DNA of 59,780 bases, counting the filler, from Jimgerdemannia flammicorona (lineage: Eukaryota): NCBI GenBank assembly GCA_003990765.1. It is 3 parts of 3 records of this genome, joined end to end, with 100 filler letters (N's around TTAATTAATTAA, not from the genome) between each part and the next. Parts side by side here need not be neighbours in the genome. Positions count along the whole stretch, not along the records: positions 19,963 to 39,822 come from RBNJ01001829.1; positions 39,923 to 59,780 come from RBNJ01001830.1; 1 more part is not named here. One strand, 5' to 3'. Below the pieces are notes generated by a model. It worked only from the letters and a program-made list of their open reading frames with translations. It did no database searches and was not told the origin of the DNA. This document shows, one piece after another, positions 36,836-50,528 of the stretch. The stretch's first letter is position 1, and every line of letters begins with the position of its first letter. A program made the translations under genes and the position numbers.

Positions 36836-39822
36836 TGTGGGGTGGAGGTGGTGAAGGGCTGTGTAGGGGGGAGATGAGGTGCGGGGTGTGCTAGTAGTGC
36901 TTTTTGTTTAAAGGCTGTGTGCAGGGCCACCTATATTTAGCAAGCGACACCTCCTATGTTAGTATAAAATATCCCGTGCGATCTATCTTTGGGTAGAGAA
37001 GACTTTTGGTTACGAGACTTTGGGGAAAAAAAGAAAAAGAAAAAAAGGGAGAGAGCAGACAAATGAAGAGGATATCCGAAGCGGAGAGTTGGACTCTCCC
37101 GAAGCTTTTTTATACACCGACAAGGGTTCAAAGGAACAGTGCGGTTATAAATCAAATTGAGAGGTAACCCACAACACGATCTCGATACTGAAAAATGCTT
37201 ACATCCGGATTAAGGTTAACGCAACCCAATTTCATTGGCCCTCCTGCCGTAGACATCATTATTGACCCAATACCCGGAACCCCATGCATGCGTTGCATTT
37301 AGTCAGTATCACCAACCATCGCAGCCATTAGTTTTACCCCTCGCGCGGAGAGATTCCTAGCGTGGCAAGAAACTTACCGGCTCCCTCTCCCCGCCCCCTA
37401 CTTCTCTACTTACGCCTTGAAGCAACAATCCACGGCGCAAACGATCGGCGGTATATACTTGCGTGATCGTGACACCCTGCACCGTAATCATCCTTAAAAA
37501 GATTGGTAGGTACGCGCGAGGTTGATTTAGGCCATGACTAAGTGGGCCTTTGACGGGATTTTGATCAGGGTGCATGAGCATTTTGAGTATTTTTGAGCCT
37601 TATCTCGTGATCGTTGACCCGTTAACGGGGGAGTAGTCCTTGGTAATTGAGTGAATGGAGTAACAAACAAACGTCCCATTTCCACTAATCCGGCTAGAGC
37701 GTGTATACATACTCCTGCCGAACATCCCACCCCCATTCGAGGCCTCCCCTTTGCTTAACAAAATAGCAACCACGCAACACACCTCTGACATCCATCACGA
37801 CGTAATTATGAGCCATAGCCATTCTCTGGGCTTACAACTTTCCCGGACCCTGAAATCCCAAAGCTGAATACGAATGATAAATTCGAACACCGATCAACTC
37901 TCATTGTGGAATAACGGGTTTTTTTGCTCTGTCGAGTGACTCTGGATCGTTGAACTCCTTCATCGGGAGCTATCAGTACACCAACACCGCGTATAATATT
38001 TCCCGGGGTCCGAAATCTCAATTAGACCATCTTTCATAAAAAAAATACCTGCGCCGATCTTCGGGCCTTCTTTACGCCGGCTCCATCCTAATTCATATTT
38101 TTTGAAGACAACAATCCTGGTACTCCTGATTGAGTCAAAGTTACCATTCCTGCCAAACTTAGACCCAAGTAATTCAGCGATTGCGGAGAAGCGACATGCG
38201 TCTGTTGAACTGGAGTTTCAATCTCCATCACGGCTCTATTAATCAGCACCAAAGGGAGATGGAGTTTGTAGTAAGCAATGATCCTTTCGCTGTTGACAGT
38301 TGATTTGTGGATACCATCCCAATGAATTCTCTGTGTTCTTCGAATGATAACCAATTGCGGGTAGGCTTGAAAGGGTTTCCTCGCGCTAGGCAAAGATCCA
38401 ATGTGTCCGGCATTTGCTAAGAGTTTTCGTTTTTTGAGCCAATTGATCTCGACATGGGCATTGAGGAATTCTCGTTTTTAGACCCGGCATTGTCGAGCTC
38501 TTGGAGTCCCTCGCTCTCAGCTCGGGCGTTGTCAAGTTCTTGTCGGAGATTCTCTTTCGGAATTCAAACACCGATGCCATCAACAAAAAAGCCGTTCCAC
38601 GAATATATATACATAATGAAATTCACAATGGGCCTTGTGTATTCTATCAACCCTCTCAGTGATACCGACTTTGATAAGTACCACCTCCTCATCGTCTTTC
38701 CTTTTTCGTTGAGAAACCTCTGTAGACTCACCACACACCTCCTATACCCACCCCCAAACAGGTATCAAGACTTCTAAAGGAGTTGGATCCAAATGAGGGA
38801 GTGCTCCGGACTTGCGCACAACTCTCCACGATACTGACAAGATATTTCCATCTTGCGGGCATACTGGATCGACCGAATACACAGGATCCATTTGTGAATG
38901 TTTTGTTAGTCGAGGCGAATGTGATGGCGCGGGTGTTTGACTTCGATCTGCCGCCGAAGCATCTCCTTGGTTGAGCATAAATGGTTTAGAATGTTATACT
39001 TTGTATTTGCGTAGTTGATAAACAAATAATTACCTATAACTTCGAAAACCGTTCGACTAGTTTGGGCAATGTTTACAAGGTCCAGTGGTCTGACATGACG
39101 GAGGGTGCGAGTAAACAAACAAACAAAACCCTCAGGCATTTTTGAGAGCTGATCTTTGGCTAGTCTCCCAAATCTTCATTGGCTGAACGGACGCCAAAAT
39201 CGTTCTATTCATCCAGCCGCCACATCACGAAAATGGTTGCAAGCGCAGCTTCCGAGAGAAGTCGTACGCGCTAAAAACGTTGGAGCAGGGAAACCAAGAG
39301 TATGGGTCTTGAGAAGAGGACGACAAGCCTGGGAGCAACGCTAGAAAGGAGGCTGGAAGCACCAAATGGCAAGGGTTTCCATTTCCTCGCGGGGAAATTT
39401 TGGCGGCGGAGCGAGCAGAGCCTCGGGAGCTTCGCGCGTGTGGCCGCATTCGTGGCGGCATTTTGTGGTCTTGCGGATGTAATGGAATAAAGGGAGCTTT
39501 TTGAGCGAGTTTCGCACACTGTGGTGTGGAGATAAGAAGAGAGGCAAAAGAAAAAAAAAAAAGGCAATAAAAATTCTTTAGCTCAAGTCCCATTATACCT
39601 GCGTTCAACGCCATACTTCATTTATTATATTTATTCTGCTTCTTTATGGTCATATGAACCCTCATGTCTTGCTGACTCTTTTCACAACTTTCACTCTTTT
39701 CCAATAAAACTGCCAGCATGAGTACCCTGCGCATTTATTCTCGTCACATCCGAATCAGATTCGGATGTGACGAGAATAAATGCGCAGGGTACTCATGCTG
39801 GCAGTTTTATTGGAAAAGAGTG

Positions 39823-39922
39823 NNNNNNNNNNNNNNNNNNNNNNNNNNNNNNNNNNNNNNNNNNNNTTAATTAATTAANNNNNNNNNNNNNNNNNNNNNN
39901 NNNNNNNNNNNNNNNNNNNNNN
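39823..39922. other. Artificial contig linker
   Basis: 44 N + TTAATTAATTAA + 44 N. Confidence 0.98.
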
Positions 39923-41159
39923 TGATAATATCAAATCTATCAGTGATTCTCATGGCTTCATCAAGAGTTTTGGACTCTTCTAGCTCAACCTTGACTTGTG
40001 TGTTTCCCTTCAGGCCTCAGACATAGTGGTCTATCTTTTTATCCTTAGATATTGCTGGTAGCTTAAGTAGGATTGACAAGAATTGTATATTATAGTTTTG
40101 CATAGACTTAAGTTACTTGATATTTGCTAGCTTGTCTCTGGCTAGCTTGGTGGAATTAGCAGGCTTGAACTGCTTGTGAAGAGCTCTCTTGAAAGCTTTC
40201 CAATCTCTGATTCATATATATAAGTATACAGATATAACCATGATATGATTGTACCATCAGATGGCTACATTTCCTTAGAGAAGTGTAGTGGCAAATTGGA
40301 CTTGTATGTTATCTTCTATTCTTATGAGCTTGAAGTATTGATTCAATTGAAAGGTCCATGTATCTGTAGATAGTCCTCCTCAATGGTTGTCAAAGGTATC
40401 TAGCTTGAGTGGCTTGAAACTGACTAGTACTACAGCAGGATATGATGTATCCATAGTTTGTATTTTCTGCTATTCTAGTTATACTTGAAGTTCTTGAATT
40501 TGGTAGACCATAGCATTGATCATATCTTCTATATTGAGCTATGATCCTCCTGTTTCTTCTATAGCAGAGGAGTCTAGCTGGTAGACTGACTCTTTGCAGC
40601 TCATTTTAGATTTGTGTGACTAGTTGTGACTGGTTTCCACATTTATGTAAGGTTTCTTAATAAGGCAAGGTATAACAATACCACTGCTACTAAGTGTAAC
40701 AGTTCTAGTTTCTTTAAGAGGAAGCAGCTAAATCTGAAAGTTCTAGTTAGCCTAAAGTAGCTCAAAGAGATACTTAAAGATTTAAATATTCTTGAAGATT
40801 TTCTGGGACAAAATATTCTGAGCTTTATTCAGGTAGAGAATAAGGATATTTATACATAATCTGAAAGAAAGATCTGAAAGGATCTTGGAAAGAAAGAAAA
40901 ATGCCAAGAAATAGGTTCTTGGCAAAGCTGATCAATACTATTCTACAATGTTCCAAAAGGTTCCAAGACTAGCTGAGATAAGATACTTAGTGCCAAGGAA
41001 ATACAAGAATGTTCTAATAGTGTCTGGGCACTGAGAGAAGATTTCTAAGCAAGTAGAAAGTGCTGGAACATAGTAGAATGTTCAAGAAATGATAAGAAAA
41101 GACTGACTAAAAGATGTGAAAAATGTACTAAGACTAAATATGACTGTGAAATTGTTACA
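39923..41159 (-). mobile_element. 5' end of a Ty3/Gypsy element: 465-bp LTR (40695-41159), PBS-like site and gag
   Basis: LTR TGTAAC...GTTACA; cttagtagcagtgg follows on the minus strand; gag FKPLKLDTFD...WTFQLNQYF...FATTLL*GN, ARDKLANIK. Confidence 0.88.
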
Positions 41160-42140
41160 GGTAGGTCCATAAGTACTAGTTGCCATCTTAAGAAGAAAGC
41201 TTGAGTCAATAAGAGAACCATCTATTGCTGGAATCATAATAATATATCTCTTTGTCAAAAAACCTATCTTAATATACTTAGTATTGACTGTAATCATTTT
41301 GAAAATATTAGAAAGCATTTGGCTAAAAACCACCTTCTTTCCTAAGTCTATGATAATATAAAAAAGATACTACAGTGAAAACTAAGATGATCATCAATAT
41401 GAATGTGACTACTGTGATAAAGAATTTTATCTTAAACTATATCAAAGTATATAAGTTGCCTAGTCTAGTTAGAAATATTAATTGTGTAATCTAATCAATT
41501 ATCTTTTTACCTATAGAAATGAGCTACAAGTCTATTTATTATAACTTTTTAGTAGGCCTAAAAGAAGATAGCACTTTGCATATACTAAAATACAATGTAT
41601 TTTGCAAATTGTAATATTAGCTAACTTTACATATCCAAATTATAAGCCTTCAAACTAATTTATATGATACTTATCAATATTTGCAGAATGATTTATATAT
41701 AATTCAAAGCTCATAAAGAGGAAGAGACTCCAGATTTATTAAAGAAATATAGAGAGCATCTCACTAAAGCTAGATTAGAGAGAAATTATTATAACAAAAA
41801 TATCAAGTTGATAGAAGAATAAAAGAAACTCATTAATCAGAATTATTCTATACTGAAAGGCAAGATGCTATACTACAGCATTGATGTGGTTGCATATTAC
41901 AGTTATGACTGAGCTCAAAATATCTACATAACTTATTCAGATTAACAGATCAGCAAAGTATATTATCTCAGTACTCACAAAGTATAATTATTTTGGATCT
42001 AGAATGAAGTAGTCTGTGAACAAATTAATTATATTCTTGATAAGAACAAACTTTTTAGAAAAGATCCAAATGGTATACTTAGCCTAGTTTTTGATGGAAT
42101 TAAATAATTAAATAGAAGTGAAAAGCATTTGAAGGTTTCT
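41160..42140 (+). mobile_element. Decayed Sola-like DDE transposase fragment
   Basis: HYSYD*AQNI...QISKVYYLSTHKV...EQINYILDKN...KDPNGILSLVFDGI...EKHLKV, matching my recollection of the SxDxAQ...GKGxN transposase pattern. Confidence 0.55.
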
Positions 42141-43219
42141 ATATAATATAGTAATAAGAGAGAGATACTATTGAGACCTATAATATAAGTAGTTCTCTAC
42201 TAGTGGACTTTGACATTAGTGTGAGTATAGAGTATTAATAGAGAGTGAGTCAGAATCTATAACTATTTGATTGATAGTTGGTAGAGATTGATAAGATTTG
42301 AGACTGGACTAGCATCTAGTCTTAGAGTGCTATAATATAGCAGTAACTTTCTCTGAAGTTCTGAGTAATATAGTAGTATATCCTAAGGAGAAATATCATA
42401 TTGAACTTTTAATCAGAATACTTGATAGATGGTAGAGGTTTCAAATATAAGGAGTATATAATATAGAATAAGAGAGAGAATTTATTCAGATACTCAAATA
42501 TTGGCTGAGTAAGTATAAGATACTTAGAGACTTCTAGATAATAGTTGGAAATTACCTGGGAGTAGAGAGGTGAGATAATAGAGAGGGAGAGAGATAGAAT
42601 AACTTGAGAGAGTAATTGGTATGATATATTGGAGATGAGTAGCTTACTATTGAATAAGTATTAGTAGTATAAGTAAAGTTGGCCAAATACTGGTAGTTTG
42701 TATTTAAGGATGAAAAGTAGATAGATTTAGAGGAAACAATAGTAAGATAAGAGAGATTGATAGTGGATATTCTGTCAGACTAGTAGAAGGAGTAGGGTCC
42801 TCATGGGAATCACTATTAATATCTGGTAGAGAAAATTTATAAGAGAAGTAGAGGGTAGATTGAGATCATTAACAATATAGTGGTTCTTAAAAGAGTGAGA
42901 GTAGATATAAGAGAGTATATTGGAGTAGAGTAGAGTGAGTTTAGTTAAGACTATTAGTGTGGTATAAAGACTATATTTTATTATAGATTAATTAATAAAG
43001 AGATTTAGTGCTTGTGAAATAATAAAAAACCACTTTAGGTAATATATTAGTTAAGTAAATACTATTGCTAAGCATGGGCTATAGTCTAGTATTTAGGAGT
43101 TTTGTAATAGAACAAGTGAACAAATGAGATATGACAATGAAGAAAATATAATAAGTAATCATATAACTCAGCAATGATGTCATAATTAAGTATATATGAT
43201 GAATATAATAAGTAAATAA

Positions 43220-46200
43220 TGTGAACAATATAGATAATTAATATCTAGCTTAACTCTAGTAACTAGTACTATAGCAAATTACTACAGCAACTGATCATTA
43301 TCTAACAACAAAGGTTCTGATCATAAAAGGTCCTATTTATAAAGATTCTGATCACAAAGGTTGCAATCACAAACCTCATTCATAATTATCAAATTAGTCA
43401 CTTATACTTAGTTAGAAATTTACATAAATACCCCCAATATCTCATCTAAAATAAAGCAGTTTTAGTTTAGTTCTTAATATAAGAATTACGTTCTCTACTA
43501 TATATGCATAAATTTCTCTAAGTCTTAGTAATAATATCTAAATAATTCTAGTTTTTCTGACTAAACTTTAGAAATCTAGCTAACTTTTACAAGAATTGAG
43601 ACTGATATATAAATCCCAAAGACTTAAGTATTGAACCTGAATTCCAAGGCAAATTAAATCTATATATAGTAAAGAATAAGTCTCTTATAACTATAGTTAT
43701 CAAGAAGATACTACTAGTATAACTACTTTTAAGTAAGTATTTCCTTATACTAAAGGCTTCTTAGTATACTTATATACTAAGTCTCTAAGTAATACCTTGT
43801 TTCTCTAATTATCTAAGGATAAGAGAGGGGTAGAAAGAGAATTATTACAACTTGGTAGTAGTGAATTACTGAGCCAAAATGGTATTAAGACTATATTTTT
43901 GAGAAGTTGGAATAAGACCAATCTTGGACAGAAGTAACTTCAGAACTAACTGTAGATTTCCAAGGAACAAATCTATAAACCAGAGCCCATCTAGTAATTG
44001 CTACTAGGACTAAGTGATACTAAAAGAATATAGATCTTAGGCTATACCAGCTTCTGATTAATAAGAAATATAGAGATCTATACAAGGTCTTTAGAAACTA
44101 CCACTCAGATCTTAGGAATGTAAGTATCTACTGCAGATTCTACATCCTTATCTATAATTACATTGGGATTACTAGAACTCAAGAATCTATAATTGCTACT
44201 ACCTAGAAATTTTTAAGCCATATCTCAACAGCTTCTTCTATAGTAAAAGCAGTAGCCACTGAGTGGATTGCATCTGACAGATACTACCATACTCTTACCT
44301 GAACCTCTCTCTACTACTGACTAGTTATATACTATACTACTACTATATAAAGATATAAGAATGAACAGACAGATTACCTACTCCCAACTTCTGATCAAGA
44401 AGTAGGCCTATCTATTTAGCCAGAATTTGATATTCTCTTTAAAGGATCTAGTTAGTATAAGAACATACTATCTTATCAGAAAAGAGAGTCAGATGAAGAC
44501 TCAACAGGATATCAGTCTAACAATAGCCAACAAGAAACAGTAGGTCTAGGAATTTACCAAGAACTCATAGATCAAGAAGATCAGACCCCAGAATAAATCC
44601 AGACACTTATATAGAGATTTGGTTTACCTACTCTCATAGAACTCTTTGATCAGATCTCTGAAAATCAAGTAATCCCAAGTTACTCAGCACTATAACTTTA
44701 GCAGGCCAAACAATCATCAGAAGAATCTATCTACAGGCCCACCACCAGTAGTCAACACAATGATAGATACTAATATTTAGACCCTTACTGTCCAGCTAGC
44801 TATACTAGCAGAAATAGTAGAACAAACTAACCAAGACCTTGAGAATCTCAACTTTCAGTGAAAAAAACTGTAACATTGAAACCTTTATCAATACAATAGA
44901 TACAGAATACTGAGCAAATCAATGAAATGATAACTGAGTATCTATAGAGATACTTACCAATAACAGAGATAGTACCTTTTAACAATTTTTTGCCACATTA
45001 GTAGTATAAGGTGAAATCTGTATTATCTTGCAAAATTTTGGAGATATTTCATTTAAAGTTAAAGCAGGCTAAAGGATTGCTCAAGTAATTATTGAAGAAA
45101 TCTGATAAGATCACACCATTGAAGAAGTTCCCAAACTCTCTCAAACAGACTAAGACAAGAAAGGGTTTGGATTAACCAATAAATCTTCCAGTTAAAAGAT
45201 TACCACTATGAAGGAAGATGATGAAAACTAATATGAGAGAATTGTAGATAATTATGCTCTATGTAATAATGCTCTCATTTTATCCAAATATATTATATAG
45301 AATATGTTAGTGAATGTTATGCATGTCTCTCCAAGGTTTTCAAAATCCAATCTGAAAGACACCAAGCCCAACAGACTAAAGAACTCAAACCAGACCACTC
45401 TTCTTATGAAGAATGGAGAGAAACTGACTTTGAGAAGACTGATAGTAATTGGGATATAATAAAGAAGAGCTCAATATCATTAAGAAAAAGAACAGTTGCA
45501 TCAAGTTTACAGACCAAGTTCACAGGCAGGATGTTAATGTCTTACTAGATAGTAGTATTACTAGAAACTATATTAGCACTAAGACTATCTAGAGGATTGG
45601 AGCCTAAAGTAGACAATTCTCTAAGAAAAGAAATATTATCTTTGGTAATGGCAAGACTATATCTTTGACCAAAATCTGTAAAGATTTATTACTCAAAATT
45701 AGCAAATACTAAGAGAAGTTAGACTTTAGCATCGTAGATCTTCTAGGATAAGAAATTATCCTAAGAAAGGCCTGGTTGACTCAGTATAATCCAGATATCA
45801 ACTAGAGGACCAATAAAGTTAATTTGACTTATGAAGACAGAAAATCACCTTGATATCTCAAAAAAGTATCAACTACTAAAAAATCAAGATCATCTCTACA
45901 ATTCAGATAAAAAGACTCTCTCACAAAAAGAGGAATATATACTTCATCTGCACTATGCAAAAAGTCCCTAAAATTCCAATTAGCCCAGTTTTATCAGAAA
46001 CTCAAGAACTATTTGAGGAATTCCAAAATATATTCTAGGAACTCAGAGGACTTTCACCCAAGTACCAAATCCAATATAGAATTAATTTTATCTCAGAATC
46101 TGAACCCCCATACAAGAGTATCTACCAGCTGGCCTAATCTAAACTTAAGATTCTTAAGGATAAGTTGACCAAGCTACTGGTTCAAGGATATATTGAACTC

Positions 46201-49160
46201 AGCCATTCTCTATTTAGAGTCTCTATTCTGTTTATCAAGAAGAAGGATAGCTCTCTGTAAATATATATTGACTATAGAGCTCTCAACAAGATCACCATCA
46301 AGAACCAATATGCCTTATTTAGGATTGATGAGTTATTATACTAAATCTTCAAGGCTAAGACCTTTTCTCTACTAGACTTATGAAATAGTTACATATTATC
46401 AGATCCTTATTGATGAGAAGGATGTTGAAAAGACAGTTTTCTGAATGTGGTTTGAATATTACCAGTTCTGAGTTATATCTTTTAGCTTGATCAATGCATT
46501 AGTAATATTTCAATATCTGATGAATAATATCTTTGGACCACTATTCAATATTTGTATCCTTATATATATATTTAATGATATACTAATCTATAATGAAACA
46601 GTGGAACTATACTATACTTATCTCAGGCAGATACTGACCCTTCTGTATAAATACTAGCTCTATGCTAAGATGAGCAAGTGTAAGTTCTATCAAGATCAGA
46701 TTGAGTATCTAGGACATATTATCTCTGCTGAAGACATTAATATAAACTCCCAAAAAGTATCAGCTTTTTAGAATATTCTCATCTCCACTATCCTCAAGCT
46801 ACTCTAGTACTTTCTGGATATTATAGATTACTACTGAAGGTTTATCTAAGGATACTCTGCTATTGTAGCTCTACTGATCAGTCTGGCCTACAAAGAGGTA
46901 AACATTAAGACTGAATAGACTCCTGAAGAAACCCAGACTATAGACCATCTTAAGAGACTCCTTACTGAGATCCCTATACTAATTATACCTGATTCTACTA
47001 GACCATTTACTCTGACCACAGATATCTCTGATGTTGCCATTAGGGCAGTACTCAGTCAGAAAGATTGTTCAGTGATCTATCTCTCTTGAAAGTTCAAGCC
47101 AGCTGAGACCCAATATACTATCTATAAGAAGGAACTTCTGGCCATTATCACTATACTTTAGAAATGATGCTATTTTCTTTTAAGACAACTATTTGTAGCC
47201 TACACTGATTACTATGCTCTGTAGTATATTCATATATAGCCTATACTGACTCACAGACAAGCCTGGTAAATGGAAATCATTACTAACTTTGATATAGAAA
47301 TCAAGTATATTTCAGACAAAACCAACTATGTAGCTGATAATTTCTCTAGGTATATAGAAGATGAACTTGTCTTTATGGTTGAGGTAATTGGAGATCTTAC
47401 TCAGATTATTAAGAATAGCTATTAAAAAGACAGCCTTTTGGTAAAATTCCTTTAATTCTTCTAAGATTCAGAGGCTGAGGTCTCAGAATTCATGAAAAGA
47501 AAGTCTAAAAGATTCACATACCATAATGGACTCATCTATAGAGATCATGACAGGGTAGTAGTACTTAATAATAATACTCTATAACTCAAGATAATACAGA
47601 AACTCTATAACACTCTTGCAGCAGAATACTTTGGTTTCAAAAAAACCTACAATCTCTTCTCAAGAGAGTTCTACTGACCAAAGATAACTAAAGATATCAA
47701 AGATTTTATAGCCTCATATGAAATATACTAAAGGTTCAAAAGTAATAATAAACTATCAGTAGAACTTCTGTAATCTCTGTCTATCTCTAATTATAATTGA
47801 GATTAGATAGCAATGGACTTTATTGTCCAGCTCCCCAAGACTAAGGCAGAATGAGATACTATTATAGTATTTATAGACCACCTGAGTAAGCAAGCCCATT
47901 TTATATCTACCAAAACCACTGCTACAGCTTCTGATATTGCTGAGATCTTTCTCAATCAAGTATTTAGACTATATAGCATATCTAGTACTATAGTATCTGA
48001 CCAGGATGCCAAGTTTACAAGTAACTTCTAGAGAATATTTTTCTCTCTCTATAGTACCAAACTGAAGTTCTCTACTGCCTACTATCCTTAGACTAATGGT
48101 CAGACTGAGCAAACCAACAGAACTCTTAAGTAGATACTCAGTATTTTCTGCTGTTATAAGCAAAATAATTAGATCAAATACCTGACCTATACTGAGTTTG
48201 CCTACAATAATAGCTAATAAACCTCTATGAAGAAGATCTCATTCTTTCTGAATTATGATCAATACTCAAGAACTCTAAGCACTATCACAAAATCAGTAGT
48301 TCCAGTAATCTATAATTTGGTTGAGACCATTTCTGACCTTAATAAATAACAAGAGATGCTCTTATAGAAGCATAGGACTATCAGACTAAGTATGCTAACT
48401 TGAAGCAAAGGAAAGCCTTCTATAATATTGGTGATATAGTTATACTTAGAACAGACTATCTCTACTCAGATACTCAGACCTAGAAAACATTCAGGAAGCT
48501 CTGTACCAGAAAAATTAGACCATATAAGATTGTGAAAAAAGTCAGTAAAGTCAACTATAAGCTACAACTCTCTTATAATATTTGAGTCTATCTAGTATTC
48601 CATTTAGTCAACTAGTGGACTACTATATAAACTCATTTTCCAAGTATATAGTTCTACCACCTCTCTCAATTAGGATTAACAATTATGAGAAATTTGAAAT
48701 TAAGAAAATACTTAATCACAAAGTCTACAAATATACTAAAATAGTCAAGCAGTTTTTCTTCATTAAGTAGAAGAGTTACCCTATCTATAATGCTATCTGA
48801 AAAAAGGAAGAAGTTCTGGAGAATGTACATAAAGCCCTTCAAGACTATATGAAAATACTCATCTCATAGTAGAGAGCTCTAAACTTAGAGCATATAGTAA
48901 ATAAGATAACATATATTTATCTAGGTTACATATATAATATCAAATATTGTGAGAAAAGGAATACTATAATTAACCAATAAGACAAAAAGGTTGTTCTGTA
49001 AAAAACTCCTTCAGATCTCCTATATAGTTATATCAGAAGAATTGTACAGAACTAGTACAATATTATAGTGACTATACTAGATTTATTAATGATCACAGAA
49101 AGTCATCTGATTTGATTTGAATTCCTAGTCTACAGACTGGAGGACAATATCTTAACAAGG
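43220..49160 (+). mobile_element. Heavily decayed Ty3/Gypsy chromovirus (gag-protease-RT-RNaseH-integrase-chromodomain)
   Basis: LTR end ...TTACA at 43849 followed by tggtagtagtg (PBS-like); protease VLLDSS ~45545; RT IDYRALNKITIKN ~46270; RNase H LTTDISDVAIRAVLSQ ~47010; integrase IAMDFIVQLPKT, TNGQTEQTN; chromodomain ~48685-48850. Boundaries approximate; no 3' LTR matched. Confidence 0.88.
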
Positions 49161-50104
49161 TAATCAACTCTCTATCTAAAGTCAAAAGAAGAAAATTTCA
49201 AATTAGTGAAACTCAGTATTTCTTATATAACTAGTACATATCTTACTTATAGTAATAGATCATATATTCCTCTAGAAATGTGATTGAAATGAAGTTATAT
49301 CAGACAGGCAAATACATATAAATATCCAGAGCAGGAATACACCATAACCCCATTCCTCTCTCTTCTCTCTAAAGAAAAATAATACAAGAATACCTGCTGT
49401 CTGCTATCAAACAGCCCACTATAGCCAGCCCCTCCCAAGACTAGTTGATCATCTTTTTGAACACATTCAGGTCATTATTCAAGAAAGAAACCACCACTCT
49501 GAGGTTCTTAACCTTATTAGTCAGGACCTGGAACACTATATTCTCAATCACTAAGAAGTTATCACCTTTCTCTTGTATAATTCATATTATACAAAACTTC
49601 AAGCAACGGTTTTCAACACAACTCAGAGAAAAGGTACTATCAAAATGTCATCAAGCAAGAGCTCTGGTGGGCATACTGAGGCAGGGGGTTCTGGGGCTTT
49701 TAGCTGGTAGAATGTGGGGAGGGGTTATGGCCTGGGGATGGGGGCCTTTGGAGGGTCGAAGGGCAGTGAGGGCTCTGGAGGAGGACTGGTGGCAGGTGGT
49801 AATGGGAGAAGGACTGGCCCCTCAAGCTTTGCTGATAAGGTGAAGGAGGTGAAGGAGAGTGAATGGCTGGCTGGAGACAGGGCTGGTGCTGCTGTGGGGA
49901 AGGACAAGGTAAGCTTTGGGAGAGGGGGGGGTCCTCAGGCTAGGGGTATGAGTGTAGGGTCTGGAGGTATTGTGGCTAGAGGTGGGACTGCTGATGGAGG
50001 TGTGACAGGGAATCAGAAAAAAAAAGAAGATGTAATGGCTGATGGCAGAGTGAGGCTGAGGCTACTGATTTGGAAGAGGGACCTAGCTGATGGTGTGATG
50101 GGGC

Positions 50105-50528
50105 TAGTGCTCCCAACAAATCGAATCGAATCGAATTTGGCCCAAACTCAATTTGATTTGATCAAATCAAGGGTCCTATTTGATTCGATTTGAATTGAAT
50201 CAAAGGTCCAATTTGATTCAAAGTTTGATTCAAACCTTAATTTTCAAAATGTAATAACTCGACGAAACCTCATCCAAATTTAACATATTTTAGCTTGTTA
50301 GATTCACCATATTAATGTGATTCTAACAAGCTAAAGTACATTAGATTTGGATGAGTTTACACTGAGTTATTGCATTTTGAAAATTAGGGTTCAAATCAGA
50401 CCCTCAATTTGATTCAACTTTTGATTCAATTCAAATTGATTCAAATTGAAAAATCCCCAATTCGATTCGACTCATTTAACCCTCAATTCGATTCGATTCG
50501 AATTGATTCAACTCATTTGGGAGCACTA
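50105..50528. mobile_element. hAT-type MITE (424 bp) inserted in LINE ORF1
   Basis: TIR TAGTGCTCCCAA/TTGGGAGCACTA; 8-bp TSD GATGGGGC at 50097-50104 and 50529-50536; GAATC/GATTC subterminal repeats; central hairpin. Confidence 0.93.

Noticed and set aside
37000..39650. Short ORFs in the long intergenic region
   Set aside because: No motifs, splice-consistent structure or coding-like composition seen.
39692..39822. Perfect 65-bp-arm palindrome with a 1-nt loop
   Set aside because: It ends exactly at a contig end with no mismatches, typical of a fold-back read or amplification chimera.
42140..43200. Strand-biased decayed segment, perhaps another YR retroelement
   Set aside because: Too mutated to recover any diagnostic motif.
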